Source of the DNA: Atractiella rhizophila
Taxonomy: Eukaryota
Direction of reading: 5' to 3'
DNA length: 37,729 bases
Assembly (NCBI GenBank): GCA_021432655.1
Contig: MU271581.1
Span: 4,250-41,978 of the forward strand
A program made the position numbers and the translations under genes. The stretch's first letter is position 1; every line of letters begins with the position of its first letter. Positions 1 through 19,510 of the stretch are shown piece after piece. The notes beneath the pieces are model-generated. The model was given only the letters and a program-made list of their open reading frames with translations. It was not told the DNA's origin and made no database searches.

Positions 1-735
1 GTCGAAGGGATTCTTGAAGAGGCAGCGAAAGAAAAGTTTACAGCCTTGTCCTACCTGAAAAAGCTTGACTGGAGTTTTCAACTTCCTCCCAAGAACTTTG
101 CCCTCCCAACCTCAGTCGTGGAGCTCTCACTTCGGTTCGTTGGTCTAAACGAGGCAGAACGTTGGTCTCTGGAATCTGCCTTTCATAATCTCCCCAGTTT
201 AGTCGATCTTTCCTCTTTGTATATCACGAACTGCCTCCCACTTTCTTCTGACTTTCCGACATGTCAGTTCCGACTTTCAAGCTTCTGCGTCAGCCCGCAA
301 ATGGAGGACGAAGTCAGTTATTTAAAACTCCTTTACAACTCTGTCACTTCTTTGACCACATTTCTGCTCGCCACTCCAAGCCTGCGACTTATTTACCTTC
401 ATTGCGGTGGACAAGCAAAACATGAAGTCACATATAGTGACATTTTCAAGAATCTTGGATCTCGTCTGGAGACATTGACCATTGGCTCGTGGAACTTAGA
501 CGAAGAGTTTGTACGCTTGAACAACGGGAGCCTGGCATTTGCTTTCCATCATTTGGGTGATCGAATGGTTGAGGTATCTGCAGTCATAGCTGGGTTGGAC
601 GATGCGATCACATCAGAATATCTTCCTGCCCTGAAGAGTGTTTCTGTTGAAGGGACACGCCTTGGAAAACAGAGCTTGGAAAGTTTGAAGCGCCTGTCAG
701 CTGAATATTCATTCGAGCTGGTCGTTGTGACATAG
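1..735 (+). CDS. Partial (5'-truncated) leucine-rich protein, probably the C-terminal part of an F-box/RNI-like LRR protein
   Basis: Frame 1 is open from base 1 to TAG at 733-735. It has repeated LxxLxL motifs (LKKLDW, LRLIYL, LETLTI, LPALKSVSV) typical of fungal F-box/RNI-like proteins. No F-box is visible inside the window. Confidence 0.5.
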   Translation, partial: VEGILEEAAKEKFTALSYLKKLDWSFQLPPKNFALPTSVVELSLRFVGLNEAERWSLESAFHNLPSLVDLSSLYITNCLPLSSDFPTCQFRLSSFCVSPQMEDEVSYLKLLYNSVTSLTTFLLATPSLRLIYLHCGGQAKHEVTYSDIFKNLGSRLETLTIGSWNLDEEFVRLNNGSLAFAFHHLGDRMVEVSAVIAGLDDAITSEYLPALKSVSVEGTRLGKQSLESLKRLSAEYSFELVVVT

Positions 736-1213
736 GTGTTATGTGTTTTTCACCACAGGAGTATGTCGATCTTCCCAAGCTCGTAGCAGCAACCGTAGGA
801 GAAGGATTTTGGACTCTGGAAAGGCAAAGATGGAAAATAAAGATCCAATCGAAGCAGCGCGCTCGTCGCTGATCGCAACATCTCAAACGAGTTCAAGGTT
901 CTTCCTCCCACTTGCGCACGCTTACCAACTGAACAAGTTTGGTCGCACCCGTTCAAATATTATCATCCTCTCATGATGTCTTCACCTGATCTCTGCTTCT
1001 CCCACAAGCTCGTATGATGACATCTGTGACATCTTTCACCTGCACCTCTCCTGCGCTTCTTCTCCGCAAGCTAGCTGGGTCCTGGGTCCCGCTAGCCGCC
1101 GCGTGTTCATTGCTAGAGTAAATACAGAAACATGTTCGGACGCATGCTGACGCAACCCTTCAAAAGCTGAGTCCGTTCATCCATCCACATCGGTACCTCC
1201 TCTTGTCGCGACA

Positions 1214-4200
1214 ATGTTCTGTAGCAAATCAACTTTGTTCCTCGCCTTCCTTCGCCAGATTTCTTCGCAAGTCGTGGATTACACCCAATATGTCGATATC
1301 CGCATTGGAACAACGGGGGGAGGTAATGACTTTCCAGGTGCATCGGTCCCTTTTGGAATGGTGAAGGTTGGGCCGGATTGTTTAGGGACATCGAGCTCGA
1401 CGGCTGGCTGGAACTCAGGGGGGAATGTGACAGCTTTTTCCATGTGGGTTGCCTGCTGCACAATCTCTGTCTTCACTGAGGGGCAGGCGAAAATGCCAGG
1501 ATGCACGAACATGGAACAGGGGGTGAGGTTCCATTCGTTGTGTGATCTTGATCCAGCTAACAGGAGCAATAGGCACTCCTAAGTGAGTAAGCACATCAAC
1601 CGGTGGATCTGCTCTTCTAAGCCATCAACGGGTAGATATGGCGTTGTGGCGCAGATGCCTTACGTTGGAACTCTTTCGTCCATCAACCTGGCGGACAACC
1701 GCACCTATTCACAGGCGCGCTCTTTCGAAGGCTTCTCAGTTTCAAGGTACAACACAGTCCTCAAGTCAGGCGTAAACGTTACTGCTACAACCACGAGACG
1801 TGTTGCTCTGTTGCGTTATCAGTTCCCGGAACAAGGAGTGGCGAATGCATGTTTCTGCCTGCGCCATAGTCAGCCTGAAGATGTTAATATTACGGGCAGG
1901 TTATTGTGGATGTCGCACATTTCATTCCTGCCCTTTCTGGAGAATATGCCTTATTTCCGGAAACATATGAAGGTGGAGAGATCAGCGTAAGTGAGGACGG
2001 AATGAGCTACTGGGGTAGCGGCTCATACGCTGGGAGTTGGAACCGCAGTATCTATCCCGCATCCTGCTTACGCCCTATAGCACTGATAACCATTGAACTA
2101 GGCCCAAAGTGGACCATCTATTTCTGCGCAAACTTCTCAGTCCCAAGTAACGCTTCCACCTACACGTGGCCGTACCAAGGTCTTTCACATCCTCCTCCAT
2201 CCTCTTCCCCTCCTCTCAGCACGTCGCTTCACCAAGTAGGCGGAAATGATACCGGAGTAGGAGCGGTATTCACCTTCGCCGCGCCTGGGGTGCTAGTTGA
2301 GAGCACGATAGGTGTATCTTTCGTCTCCGCCGAACAGGCCTGCACGAATATCCGAGAAGAGGTACAAGGCGACGTCGACGATGTTGTCTCACAAGGAAGA
2401 CAGAGGTGGAACAATGAAATTTTAAGCAGCATCCAAATCGACGTCCAGGAGAACACAACTCGCAGCACTATGCTCTACACCAGCTTGTACTACACGAGCT
2501 TGGTTCCGAGTGACAGGCAGGGAGAGGTAGGGCTCAGCCTCAGGCCTATCCTGTCTACTAATTGGTAATAGATTCCTCCGGAGTTTGGTACTTGGCCTGC
2601 GGATGAACCAATTTATGATGACTTCTATACCATCTGTATGTTCTCTTACGCTCGTCACACGGACGCATATGAACGGTTGCAAAAAAGGGGATATATTTCG
2701 TTCCTCCACACCGCTGTTCCATCTTCTGTGGACGTCCCGATATGTCGACATCGTCCGATCTTTAATCAACGTTTTCAGTTATGCTGACGGATGGATGCCT
2801 GGTAGGGCATGTCGTCACTCGCTCAACTCCTGCTGACTTGATTTGAAGATGGACGCTCCTCCAACTACAATGGCCGAGTACAAGGTGGCTCGAATGCCGA
2901 TGTAGTCCTTGGAGATGCTTTCTCGAAAGGTCTTTCGGAAGTATCCTCCATTCCGTGGGAAGCGCGCGGCTATCCAGCTCTGCTCCAAGATGCAGAGGTT
3001 GTGCCCCCCAACACTGGAGATCCCGACTCTCCTGAATCGAGTACGAAAGAGGGTCGAGGGGCGTTGCCGGAGTGGATTAACCTGGGATGGATTACCAGGA
3101 ATTATACGAGGAGCGTCAGTCGAGCTGTTGAATACTCGTAAGATTTTCATTCACTGTCTAACAGACAACAATATGATAGGTTGTAGATACAACGATTTTG
3201 GTGTCTACCTTGTTGCAAACGGGTTGGGGAGAACGGAGGACGCACAGAAATATCTGAATCGAAGTGGCCAGTGGGCAAACATGTGGAATTCCAATCTCAC
3301 GTACCAGGGCTTTAGTGGTTTCATGTGCCCTCGCGATGCTAATGGCGCTTGGAACACCAATGGTTATAACATAAACAGTGCTGGGTATTGGGGTGACGGT
3401 AAATACGCAGGCTTTGCTTCGGACTAACGAATGAGATTTTCATAGACACGTACGAAGCTTCTCCTTGGGAATACAGCTTCAGGTGATCAGCTTACTCTCA
3501 CTGTCCTGCAATCGAAACTGAATTCGCATCAAGCTTGCCTCACGACATCGCCAAGCTCATAACGCTGATGGGAGGAGACGACAATTTCGTCAGTCGACTC
3601 GACACTACCTTCCAGCTAGGCTTGAACAATGTTGGAAATGAACCGTCCTTTCTGACACCTTTCCTGTATAACTACGTCAATGGAAAGCAATATAAGACCG
3701 TAAACGTTACCCGGTCTATTGTGAATCGTTACTTTGGAATATCCAGCAGCGGTCTTCCAGGTTCGCTTTCCATTCCTTCACCTGATAACTTGAAAGGGGT
3801 CCAATCTTTTCGTGGAATCATATTAGGAAATAGCGATGCAGGCTCTATGCAATCGTACTTGACTTGGATATTCATGGGTTTGCGTTGTCTCTGCAGAATT
3901 TTCATTTTCTCATCCAAGTTGACAGGTCTGTATCCCGTCACCGGACAGCCACTTTATCTCCTCTCCTCTCCCTGGTTCTCGGAAATGAAAGTTCGGATCT
4001 ACACCAACACCGTTGGGGCCAACGCTGAGGACCATCCGGCGACGCTTACTATTCGGGCTAACAACCTCTCCTCTACCTCCTACTTTGTACAATCCGTCAC
4101 TTTGGATGGAAACAAGATTGATAGAAGTTGGATCACTCACGATGAGATCAAGAGAGGCGGAACTCTCGAGTTCGAACTAGGCCCAGACCCTGTGCCCTGG

Positions 4201-4251
4201 GACCAGGGAGAGTTACCTCCTAGTGTATCCACAGGAGGATACACGGCCTGA
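1214..4251 (+). CDS. Glycoside hydrolase family 92 (alpha-1,2-mannosidase-like), probably secreted, multi-exon
   Basis: Spliced motifs typical of fungal GH92: YVDIRIGTTGGGNDFPGASVPFGMVKVGPD, MHEHGTGGTPKYGVVAQMP, WDIFR, GRVQGGSNAD, EGRGALPEW, VGNEPSFLTPFLYNY, GNSDAGSMQSY, YFVQSVTLDG..SWITHDEI..GGTLEFELG. Short N-terminal hydrophobic leader. Confidence 0.93.
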
Positions 4252-5200
4252 CTTCCATCGTGTCGAATAGGCCAACCATTCGGGAGACGAGAAAACAGGA
4301 TGAATGAATTCATGCAAGGGTATAACTTAGTAGGAATGTACGAAACACTATCCTTCATTCTGAAGGCAGAGAATGCAGAACTGTCCGTAACCTCTTCAGG
4401 CACTCTTCCTTGCCAAGAAGCCTCATCACCTCTCCAAGGGGTGCACCCGACTTCCGTACGACGACTTATCAGCCCCTGAAGCATTTCGGGGTGAAAGCGC
4501 ACCTTTCTTCCTGTCAAAGCATGCCGTAAAGGAATCGCAAAGCTCTTCCTCTCCTTCTTGAACTCCTCTCCTAAACACTGTTTAATTTCGCTGTGTATAG
4601 CAGACGCGTCCTCATAAATCAATTCCGCTTGAACTTGCTTCTGCATCAAGTATTCGATGGCTATCGTGAGACATCTCCCTGCCAGACAACAATGAGCAAA
4701 TAGAATGGAGAATGCACAGGAGCGCACGGTGGACCAATGAAGAGATGGAATGGAGCATCTCTTTAGCAGTCGCATCTTCATAGTTGGGGCAGTCGAAGAA
4801 GTAGGAGACCAAAGGAGGGAGCTCGTCGAGTGTCTCAAGATTTCCCTAATATACATCAGCCCTCTCCCTTCTACGACTAAAGAAGCAAACCCTTACATGC
4901 ACTGCTCTCACAACTTCTCCAATCCACCTCTCTCTCTCCTCTTCCTCCCAATCCCACACTGATGATTTCCCATAGATGGTCCTCAATCCTTCTAGCGACC
5001 TTTGAACTAGCTCCATCAATCCTTCTACCTCATCCTGGGCCTTACGTCCTAAATGTTGCTTGTTCAGCCACACCAATTTCTTCTCGTCTTTCACCGCACG
5101 CCTCCTATTCACTCCAGAGATGTCAAACTATCCGTTCAGAAGCTCGATTCAAAAATGATAATTGGAGCGCAAAGAGAGGATGCACACACCTCTGCGATCA

Positions 5201-5975
5201 TTCTCTTGACAGAGAGGCACAGAACCGATCGTAGGTCCTGCTTATACCTTTCTCCCTTCCCTCCTTGTTGATTCGCTCCACGCGTTCTTTGGTACAGAAG
5301 CATGGGTAGGCAGAGCCTTCCTATGTAGATGGCGGTCAGACCAGCACCTATGACGCATTTTGCTCCAATAAATAGTTCTCTTCTTGGATTGAGCAATAAA
5401 TGCGTCAGGAAGAAAGCATGCTCTTCCAAAGAAAATCCGGTAAAACGGAGTGAAATCTAACTCCTCCACGAGCTTGTATCTGCTGAAGGAGGAGACTTCC
5501 CTGAATGCTCCATCCACAAACGTGGCCATACTGACTGATCACTTCAGACAATAGGCAAAGAGATGTCTGCCAGCAGGTATAAAGAAGAAAGTGGGGTACG
5601 AATCAAGAGCATAAATCGGAAGAGGTGGAGGATTCAAGAGGAGAGAAAGACACAACTTACAGCGAGTAATTTATCAATGAAAGGTCTGTAGATGTGTAAA
5701 CGCCTCGACTATTTCATCGAATCAGTGACGACAATGGAAGAGACAAGGACGTAAGTAAACATCCCCCTTCCAGCGCGTTCTACATACACAAAATGGCTCA
5801 AATACGCACCTGATGATATGGCGCGTATGGCCCGCCAACTCCAGCGCCTAGAGTCCAAAGTCCCTTCTTTAGCTGGTTCGAAAGAAGGAAAAGGAAAGCT
5901 CGCCTTCATCCGGTGTCAATCCTGCCCACTTCAGACCTTCCAGTATCCTCTCCTCACTACCCGTTACTTCCCTAG
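5201..5975. repeat. Direct repeat copy A (775 bp) of GluRS exons/introns
   Basis: Aligns end to end with 6204-7004 (starts ttctcttgacagagaggcacagaacc, ends ccgttacttccctag). Exons are nearly identical and introns are diverged. Confidence 0.95.
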
Positions 5976-6203
5976 AGTAGAAGGCGAGGAGGAGGAGGGA
6001 CCGTAGACGAGGTCGGTGTAGCCTACGCGGTCACTGGGGCACTTGAAGAATGAAAGGCATCAGGACACTGTGACACGAAAGAGAGAGGGTGGAGAGGAAC
6101 CTTGAACCGTATGACGTGCGGGACGGCGGCTTGAATCCTTTGTATTCAATTAGAAGAGTTGTTCACATATTTCATGAAAAGAGACTCACTTCTTTTCCGC
6201 CTC

Positions 6204-7004
6204 TTCTCTTGACAGAGAGGCACAGAACCGATCGTAGGTCCTGCTTATACCTTTCTCCCTTCCCTCCTTGTTGATTCGCTCCACGCGTTCTTTGGTACAG
6301 AAGCAAGGGTAGGCAGAGCCTTCCTATGTAGATGGTGGTCAGACCAGCACCTATGTACGCATTTTGTTCCAATAAATAGCTCTCTTCTTTCATAGAGTAG
6401 ATCAATAAAGGTGCCAGGAAGGAAGCAAGCTCTTCCAAAAGAAAATCGACTAAAACAGAGTGAAGCGGGGAGGAAGCAGAATCTAACTCCTGCACAAACT
6501 TGTATCTGCTGAAGGAGGAGACTTCAGTGAATGCCCCATCCACAAAAGTTGGCCGCAATGACTGATAACTTCAGACAATAGGTAAAGAGATGGTTGCTTA
6601 GCACGTAAAGAGAAGAAAGTGGGGGACGATTTATGAGCGCGAAGGTAAGAGGTGGAAGATACGAAAGGAGAGACAGAGGCAACTTACAGCGAGTAATTTA
6701 TCAATGAAAGGTCTGTAGATGTGTAAACGCCTCGACTATTTCATCGAATCAGTGACGACAATGGAAGAAACAAGGACGTAAGTAAACATCCCCCTTCCAG
6801 CGCGTTCTACATACACAAAACGACTCAGATACGCACCTGATGATATGGCGCGTATGGCCCACCAACTCCAGCGCCTAGAGTCCAATGTCCGTTCTTTTAG
6901 TTGGTTCCAAAAGAAGGAAAAGGAAAGCTCGCCTTCATCCGGTGTCAATCCTGCCCACTTCAGACCTTCCAGTATCCTCTCCTCACTACCCGTTACTTCC
7001 CTAG
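6204..7004. repeat. Direct repeat copy B (801 bp), the copy in correct GluRS gene context
   Basis: Same start and end strings as 5201-5975. Flanked on both sides by contiguous GluRS coding sequence. Confidence 0.95.
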
Positions 7005-7029
7005 CCTGTCATTCCATCTCTCGTCATTA

Positions 7030-14949
<7,920 letters not shown>

Positions 14950-15466
14950 CTTGCCAATACCTTTCGCAGGCTCTGAGAACCTTTAGCAAAGTAGAGGCGA
15001 ATGAGAAGCTGGTTATTAAACATGTCAGTCCCCCGCCATCGTTACAAACGCAAAAGACGCAAACCTTCGAAATCAACACGACGCGTCGTTCCGCAGCAAA
15101 ATGCGGTCTTTTGATGCGTGCTGTGGAAGGTCACCACCATTCAGATCAGAGAGGCCGAATCAGGGTTGTATCAAGTTTAAGGACGCATATCACGTCGTCC
15201 CAGAAATTCAGCTGACGGAATGACTTACGTTGAAAGTTACGAGTGATATTCAATATACCTAGTCAGACGTCAACCAAATGCTTGATGGGTGCTGTTGATA
15301 ACGGGACGGCGAAAATCTGGTGGATTGTGAATGCCGGTATTGACGGCTCATTTACAGCAAGATATTGTCTAGAGTACTAATGAGTTTTCTCCCAATTAAG
15401 GATAATTAAGGATTGAACGCTCACATAATACAAGATACACCCACAACGAGAACAGACAAACAACCA

Positions 15467-16607
15467 TCACTTTTTCACTCCTGACGTCGCCGCTGCGACG
15501 GCTCTCTTCGGTTTCCTTCGTCCACTAGTGCCCAAAACGAGCTCGTCCTTCTCCAGCCCCGGCCCTGATGTTGTAGAGGTGGGAGCGGGAGCCGGAGCAG
15601 GAGACCCCCTTGACAACGGTGCAGGGCTTGCGACCCGACTTATCAGGCGACTGTTGGGCAGTGTCGTGTTCAGATTGCTTCGACCACCATGCGTTGGGGT
15701 CGTACCAGGACGTGAAGGGGCGGGTTGTGGTCTGTAGGAGTTTGCTATCCACGGAAGATACTTTGAGCACATTATTCGATTCGGAAAAGTGTTGAGATGA
15801 GAAGTGAAGTGAAAGTGGCGGAGGGACTAACCCGTGGTTCGTAGCGCATTTAAGAGGATGGGGTTAACGTCTGCCTTCCTCCCCTTATCCCTTGATCCTG
15901 TCAGCCCATCCGCTCCTCCGATTCCGGGCAAGTCCTTCCCCTTGTCCTTCCCCAATCCTAACGACGATTCCTCTTCCTCTTCCTCGGTTTTGAGACTATA
16001 CCTCCAGCCCTCATTAGTGTTCCACTCTGGACGTCTCTCATCCAACGCATCAAGAGAGGCGAGTATGTGCGAAGTTGCGTTGGAGAGGGCTGATTGGAGA
16101 AGTGTGTGGAGTGATGTAGACTGATAGATGTTGGCATTTAAGACATAATAGACTGATAATAGTCGTGCTACTGGGTACCTCAATGCCTGCACCAAATGAA
16201 GGGAGAATTCTCCGGCCTACTAGAAGATGGGGAGGATCGTAACCGCTTATGAATGATAAAGAACGTTGGAGGAGCCGCATGGACAAGAACAAATTCCGTC
16301 CCTGTGAGCATTCTTTCCCAAGCAATCCACACATCAGCATGATCTCCCAGCGAAAAACAATCTGAGCCTACCGAAGCTTTTCTGGGTCGTTCCACTCCCC
16401 CCTTCCCTGTGCGCCTTCCTCCGTTACATACTCTGTCTGCATTCGCAATGTTTGGTTCGTGGACGTCTTGTCATAGTACGGCGAGTACGAAAAGTATTCC
16501 ATTATGTTGTGAGGGGTCAGAGGTCCGAAGGCGTAGACCCATTCGATGAAACGCCATTGCATGTATTGATGATCCACGGAAGGGGGGACGGGCGATAAAG
16601 CGGCCAT
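15467..16607 (-). CDS. MED6: Mediator of RNA polymerase II transcription subunit 6
   Basis: MQWRFIEW..LTPHNIMEYFSYSPYYDKTSTNQTLRMQ, GTEFVLVHAAPPTFFIIHKR and YYVLNANIYQS match the Med6 family. Low-complexity basic C-terminus. Confidence 0.9.
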
Positions 16608-16685
16608 CTGGGATTCGTCGACCTCTAGCGAATAGTTCTCAATGTCCTCATCAAAACAGTCACGTGTTTTGTGAAGCGCATAAAT
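16608..16685. promoter_or_regulatory. Very short divergent intergenic region with an E-box (GTCACGTG, 16659-16666)
   Basis: Only 78 bp lie between the predicted MED6 ATG (16607, -) and the RCC1-like ATG (16686, +). CACGTG at 16661-16666. Confidence 0.45.
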
Positions 16686-17710
16686 ATGGGATGGTATGGG
16701 CTTGGATCCAACGCCTACGGCCAAATTTCATCGCCTTCAGGCGCTCTGGCTCATTACGATTTGTTTCAACGTCTTCCAAACACGTTCGACCGTTGTGTGG
16801 GCATTTCCTTTTCACAAATTGCTTGGAGACTTGCGAATAACAATGGTGTGCTCTACTCCATGCATGCTGCTTGTCTAACATCTCACGGGTACAGGTGTTG
16901 AAATTTGCGGGTTCGAACAAGCACTCCCAACAGTTGAAAAGGACGACGACATCCAGAAGTTTGTAGGGAAGGATGAATTTCGCTTCTGCATGACGGATAC
17001 TGGATGCATCTACAATCTTCGAACTCTTCAGGTAGTTGATGTAGGAGGCTCAGCTATTGATATTGCTATGGATGGAACGGAGCGTTTGGCAGTCTTGCTC
17101 TGTGAGCGTAATCTTTGCTCATGTCATTGAAGTTTCCATTAACTGATACGGTAGGACAGCATCGGGTGCGATTCACATCTTCGACCACTCTTTCGATCGC
17201 ATACCAACAGTCTCTTCTCCCCAACTAGCACCGAACGAGAAACCACGTTCATTACACACCCTGTCTTCCTCTTTCTATGCGATCACAACTCTTTCTCGGC
17301 TGATCCCTGTCTTGACGGATTCACGCTTTCCCGACGCTTCCCAGATCTTGGAAGGGGAGCAAATACGGAGCTTCGCCGCTGGGGGAGGATGGGACTGGAT
17401 TGCGCTTGATGAGCTAACGACTGTGTGGGACAGCAAGAGTAAGGGAGAACCGGTGGAGTTTCCATACGAATCCGACTTGCAGGTGAAGGACGTCGCTTGT
17501 GGGAGTGATTGGGTGATGATATTAACATGGGAGGGTAAGGTGTTCAAGCGCGATAAGGGTATGTTTCATTTGTCACAGGTTTATGAACTGAGGAGGGTTA
17601 CAATAGACGAAGAATGGAAGAAGGTTCGGATACCGAATGGGATCGTTGAAGAGGTATGTGGACGAGAAGGAACGTTGCTTCTCAGGATAAAAGAAGAGGA
17701 AGGTTCATAA
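16686..17710 (+). CDS. RCC1/BLIP-II-like beta-propeller repeat protein (divergent, multi-exon)
   Basis: N-terminal WYGLGSNAYGQI; later IRSFAAGGGWDWI and VKDVACGSDWVMILTWEGKVF are RCC1-repeat-like. Confidence 0.6.
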
Positions 17711-17828
17711 CGATCTTTATTAGGCGGCACTCCTATTTTGCATTTACGTGCGGTATCTACAACAACTCATGTACCAGATAAACCCGACCGATTCCAAACA
17801 AATGAACTAATAAAGCAAAGCAAAAGTC

Positions 17829-19510
17829 CTACCAATCCCTCCTTGTAATTTGGATCTTCCTCAGACTAAGCTCCATCTCCAACTCATCGCGAATATCTAG
17901 CTTCAGCTTCTCCGGAAACCTCAGCCTTCTCAGTTCCGTCCAATAGCTTTTGCCTTCTCCCCTCGTTAAGCCAATACTGATAGGTACCCGATTATCAAAG
18001 TTCGAGGATTTTGTGTAACCCCTTGCGTCTGACGCTTCTGCTTCATGCTGTAATACCGATCCGCTGCCACCGTTGAACATGAACCGCTGATACCAAATTT
18101 CTTGCACTGGCGACTTCGAGAAGTAACGGAAAAAGGTCCAAGGATCTGATTCAATGGCGGCGGCACGAGATGTGGTGGGGCTCGCAACGAGGGAGGATGG
18201 GTCTTTGAGAAGGATAATAGAAGTCTTGAGCGTTCGAAGCTGTGGGAAATGCACCTGTTTGTTTCCTGCGTCCAGAGGTTTTTCTCGCTCGAGGAGGACA
18301 AGTGCTGCATTGACGGAGATGTCGCGCAGAGTGGTCTCAGAGGCGAAGATAATGGACATCACCGGCCAGAAGGGGATGAAGGCACTGAGATCGTCACCTT
18401 TGTAAGTGATGTGAAAGCTCGTCAGCTGTGACGGAGGATGATGTCCCAATCCGAGTGGAGTTCGCTTTTTCACGTATTCGAAGACGTCTATGCCTTCCAT
18501 GTATTCGTATGTATAGGACGAGAGCGTACGGAGGTTTGCGGAAGGGGATGGATCGTGATATTTTGGTGGGACACCGTGAAGGGTCTTGATGGTCGAACTG
18601 AAGAATTTCATGAGGCGATCAGCGATCATTTCGTTTGCTGAGATGTGAAGGTTTTCGATACGCGATATCGGTTCGAAAGCGGTGAGGAGGGAGATCAAGA
18701 GGTTTTGATTATCTGCGAGGAGCAATCGCTCGTAGTCATCCGATGCGACCACCAATGTCAGCGACTTGACCTGGCCAGCTTGTTTGAGTAGTCGTCGGAG
18801 AAAGTTGAAGCAGGTGACAAGGTAGTTGATTCTCATCAACCTCCAGCGTTCCTCCTCTTTCGAAGCGGCCTCCAAACCGTTCACTCCATTTGTCGTCCCA
18901 TCTCCTTTGCCCTTCCATCCCATATCCGCTTTCACTGCCCAATCCGTTAACGAGATCGAAACCTCATTGATATCCTTCAGGAACTGCGAAGGGAATGTCT
19001 CAGCAATATCCCAAAATGCTCTTCTCGTCCCGTCCACCAGACCTTGTCGATAGCTCCAACAAAGCTTCGCAAAGATCAGAGGGCCGATGAAGTGTCTCAT
19101 CACCTTCGACGTTTCGCTCAGTGCAATCAATGTGCTTCGACATACTGGCCACTCTTCGGTTGGGGAGAAGCGCAAGTAATCAACTATGCGTAGACGCAGT
19201 TCGTAAGGAAGAGAGAGGAACGTAGTCCGTCGTTTCTTGGTCGGTGGTGGCTGGGAGACACGTTTCTGATGCTGCCTGGGAGCAGATGTCCAAGGATAGA
19301 TTGGATCCTCGTCCTCCGGGCTCGTTTCCTCCTGCTGCGAGGAGTAGAAGGGCGTGACAGTGTGTTCGTACGATCTAGGAGAAGAGGGTTTAGGAAGGGC
19401 GGCGATGGTATGGACGAGTCTTGAGAACTGTCCAACCCAATTTATTATTGGTCAGCATTATTCCGAGGATCCAAAGATGGCTGCAGTGAAAAGGAGACCA
19501 GGCTTACCAT
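17829..19510 (-). CDS. F-box domain protein (about 533 aa); first coding exon is the ATG alone
   Basis: The frame of ORF 17829-19175 extends upstream through KKRRTTFLSLPYELRLRIVDYL..TLIALSETSK (F-box-like). ATG at 19510-19508 is followed by GTAAGC donor; GCTGAC branch and CAG acceptor at 19430-19428 give an in-frame join (MFSRLVH..). Confidence 0.7.

Noticed and set aside
5201..7004. Direct repeats as LTRs of a retroelement
   Set aside because: The repeats consist of GluRS exons and introns, lack TG..CA ends, and the spacer is also GluRS coding sequence.
16905..16925. GGTTCGAA resembling a tRNA T-loop
   Set aside because: No cloverleaf or A-box could be formed, and it lies inside the RCC1-like gene.
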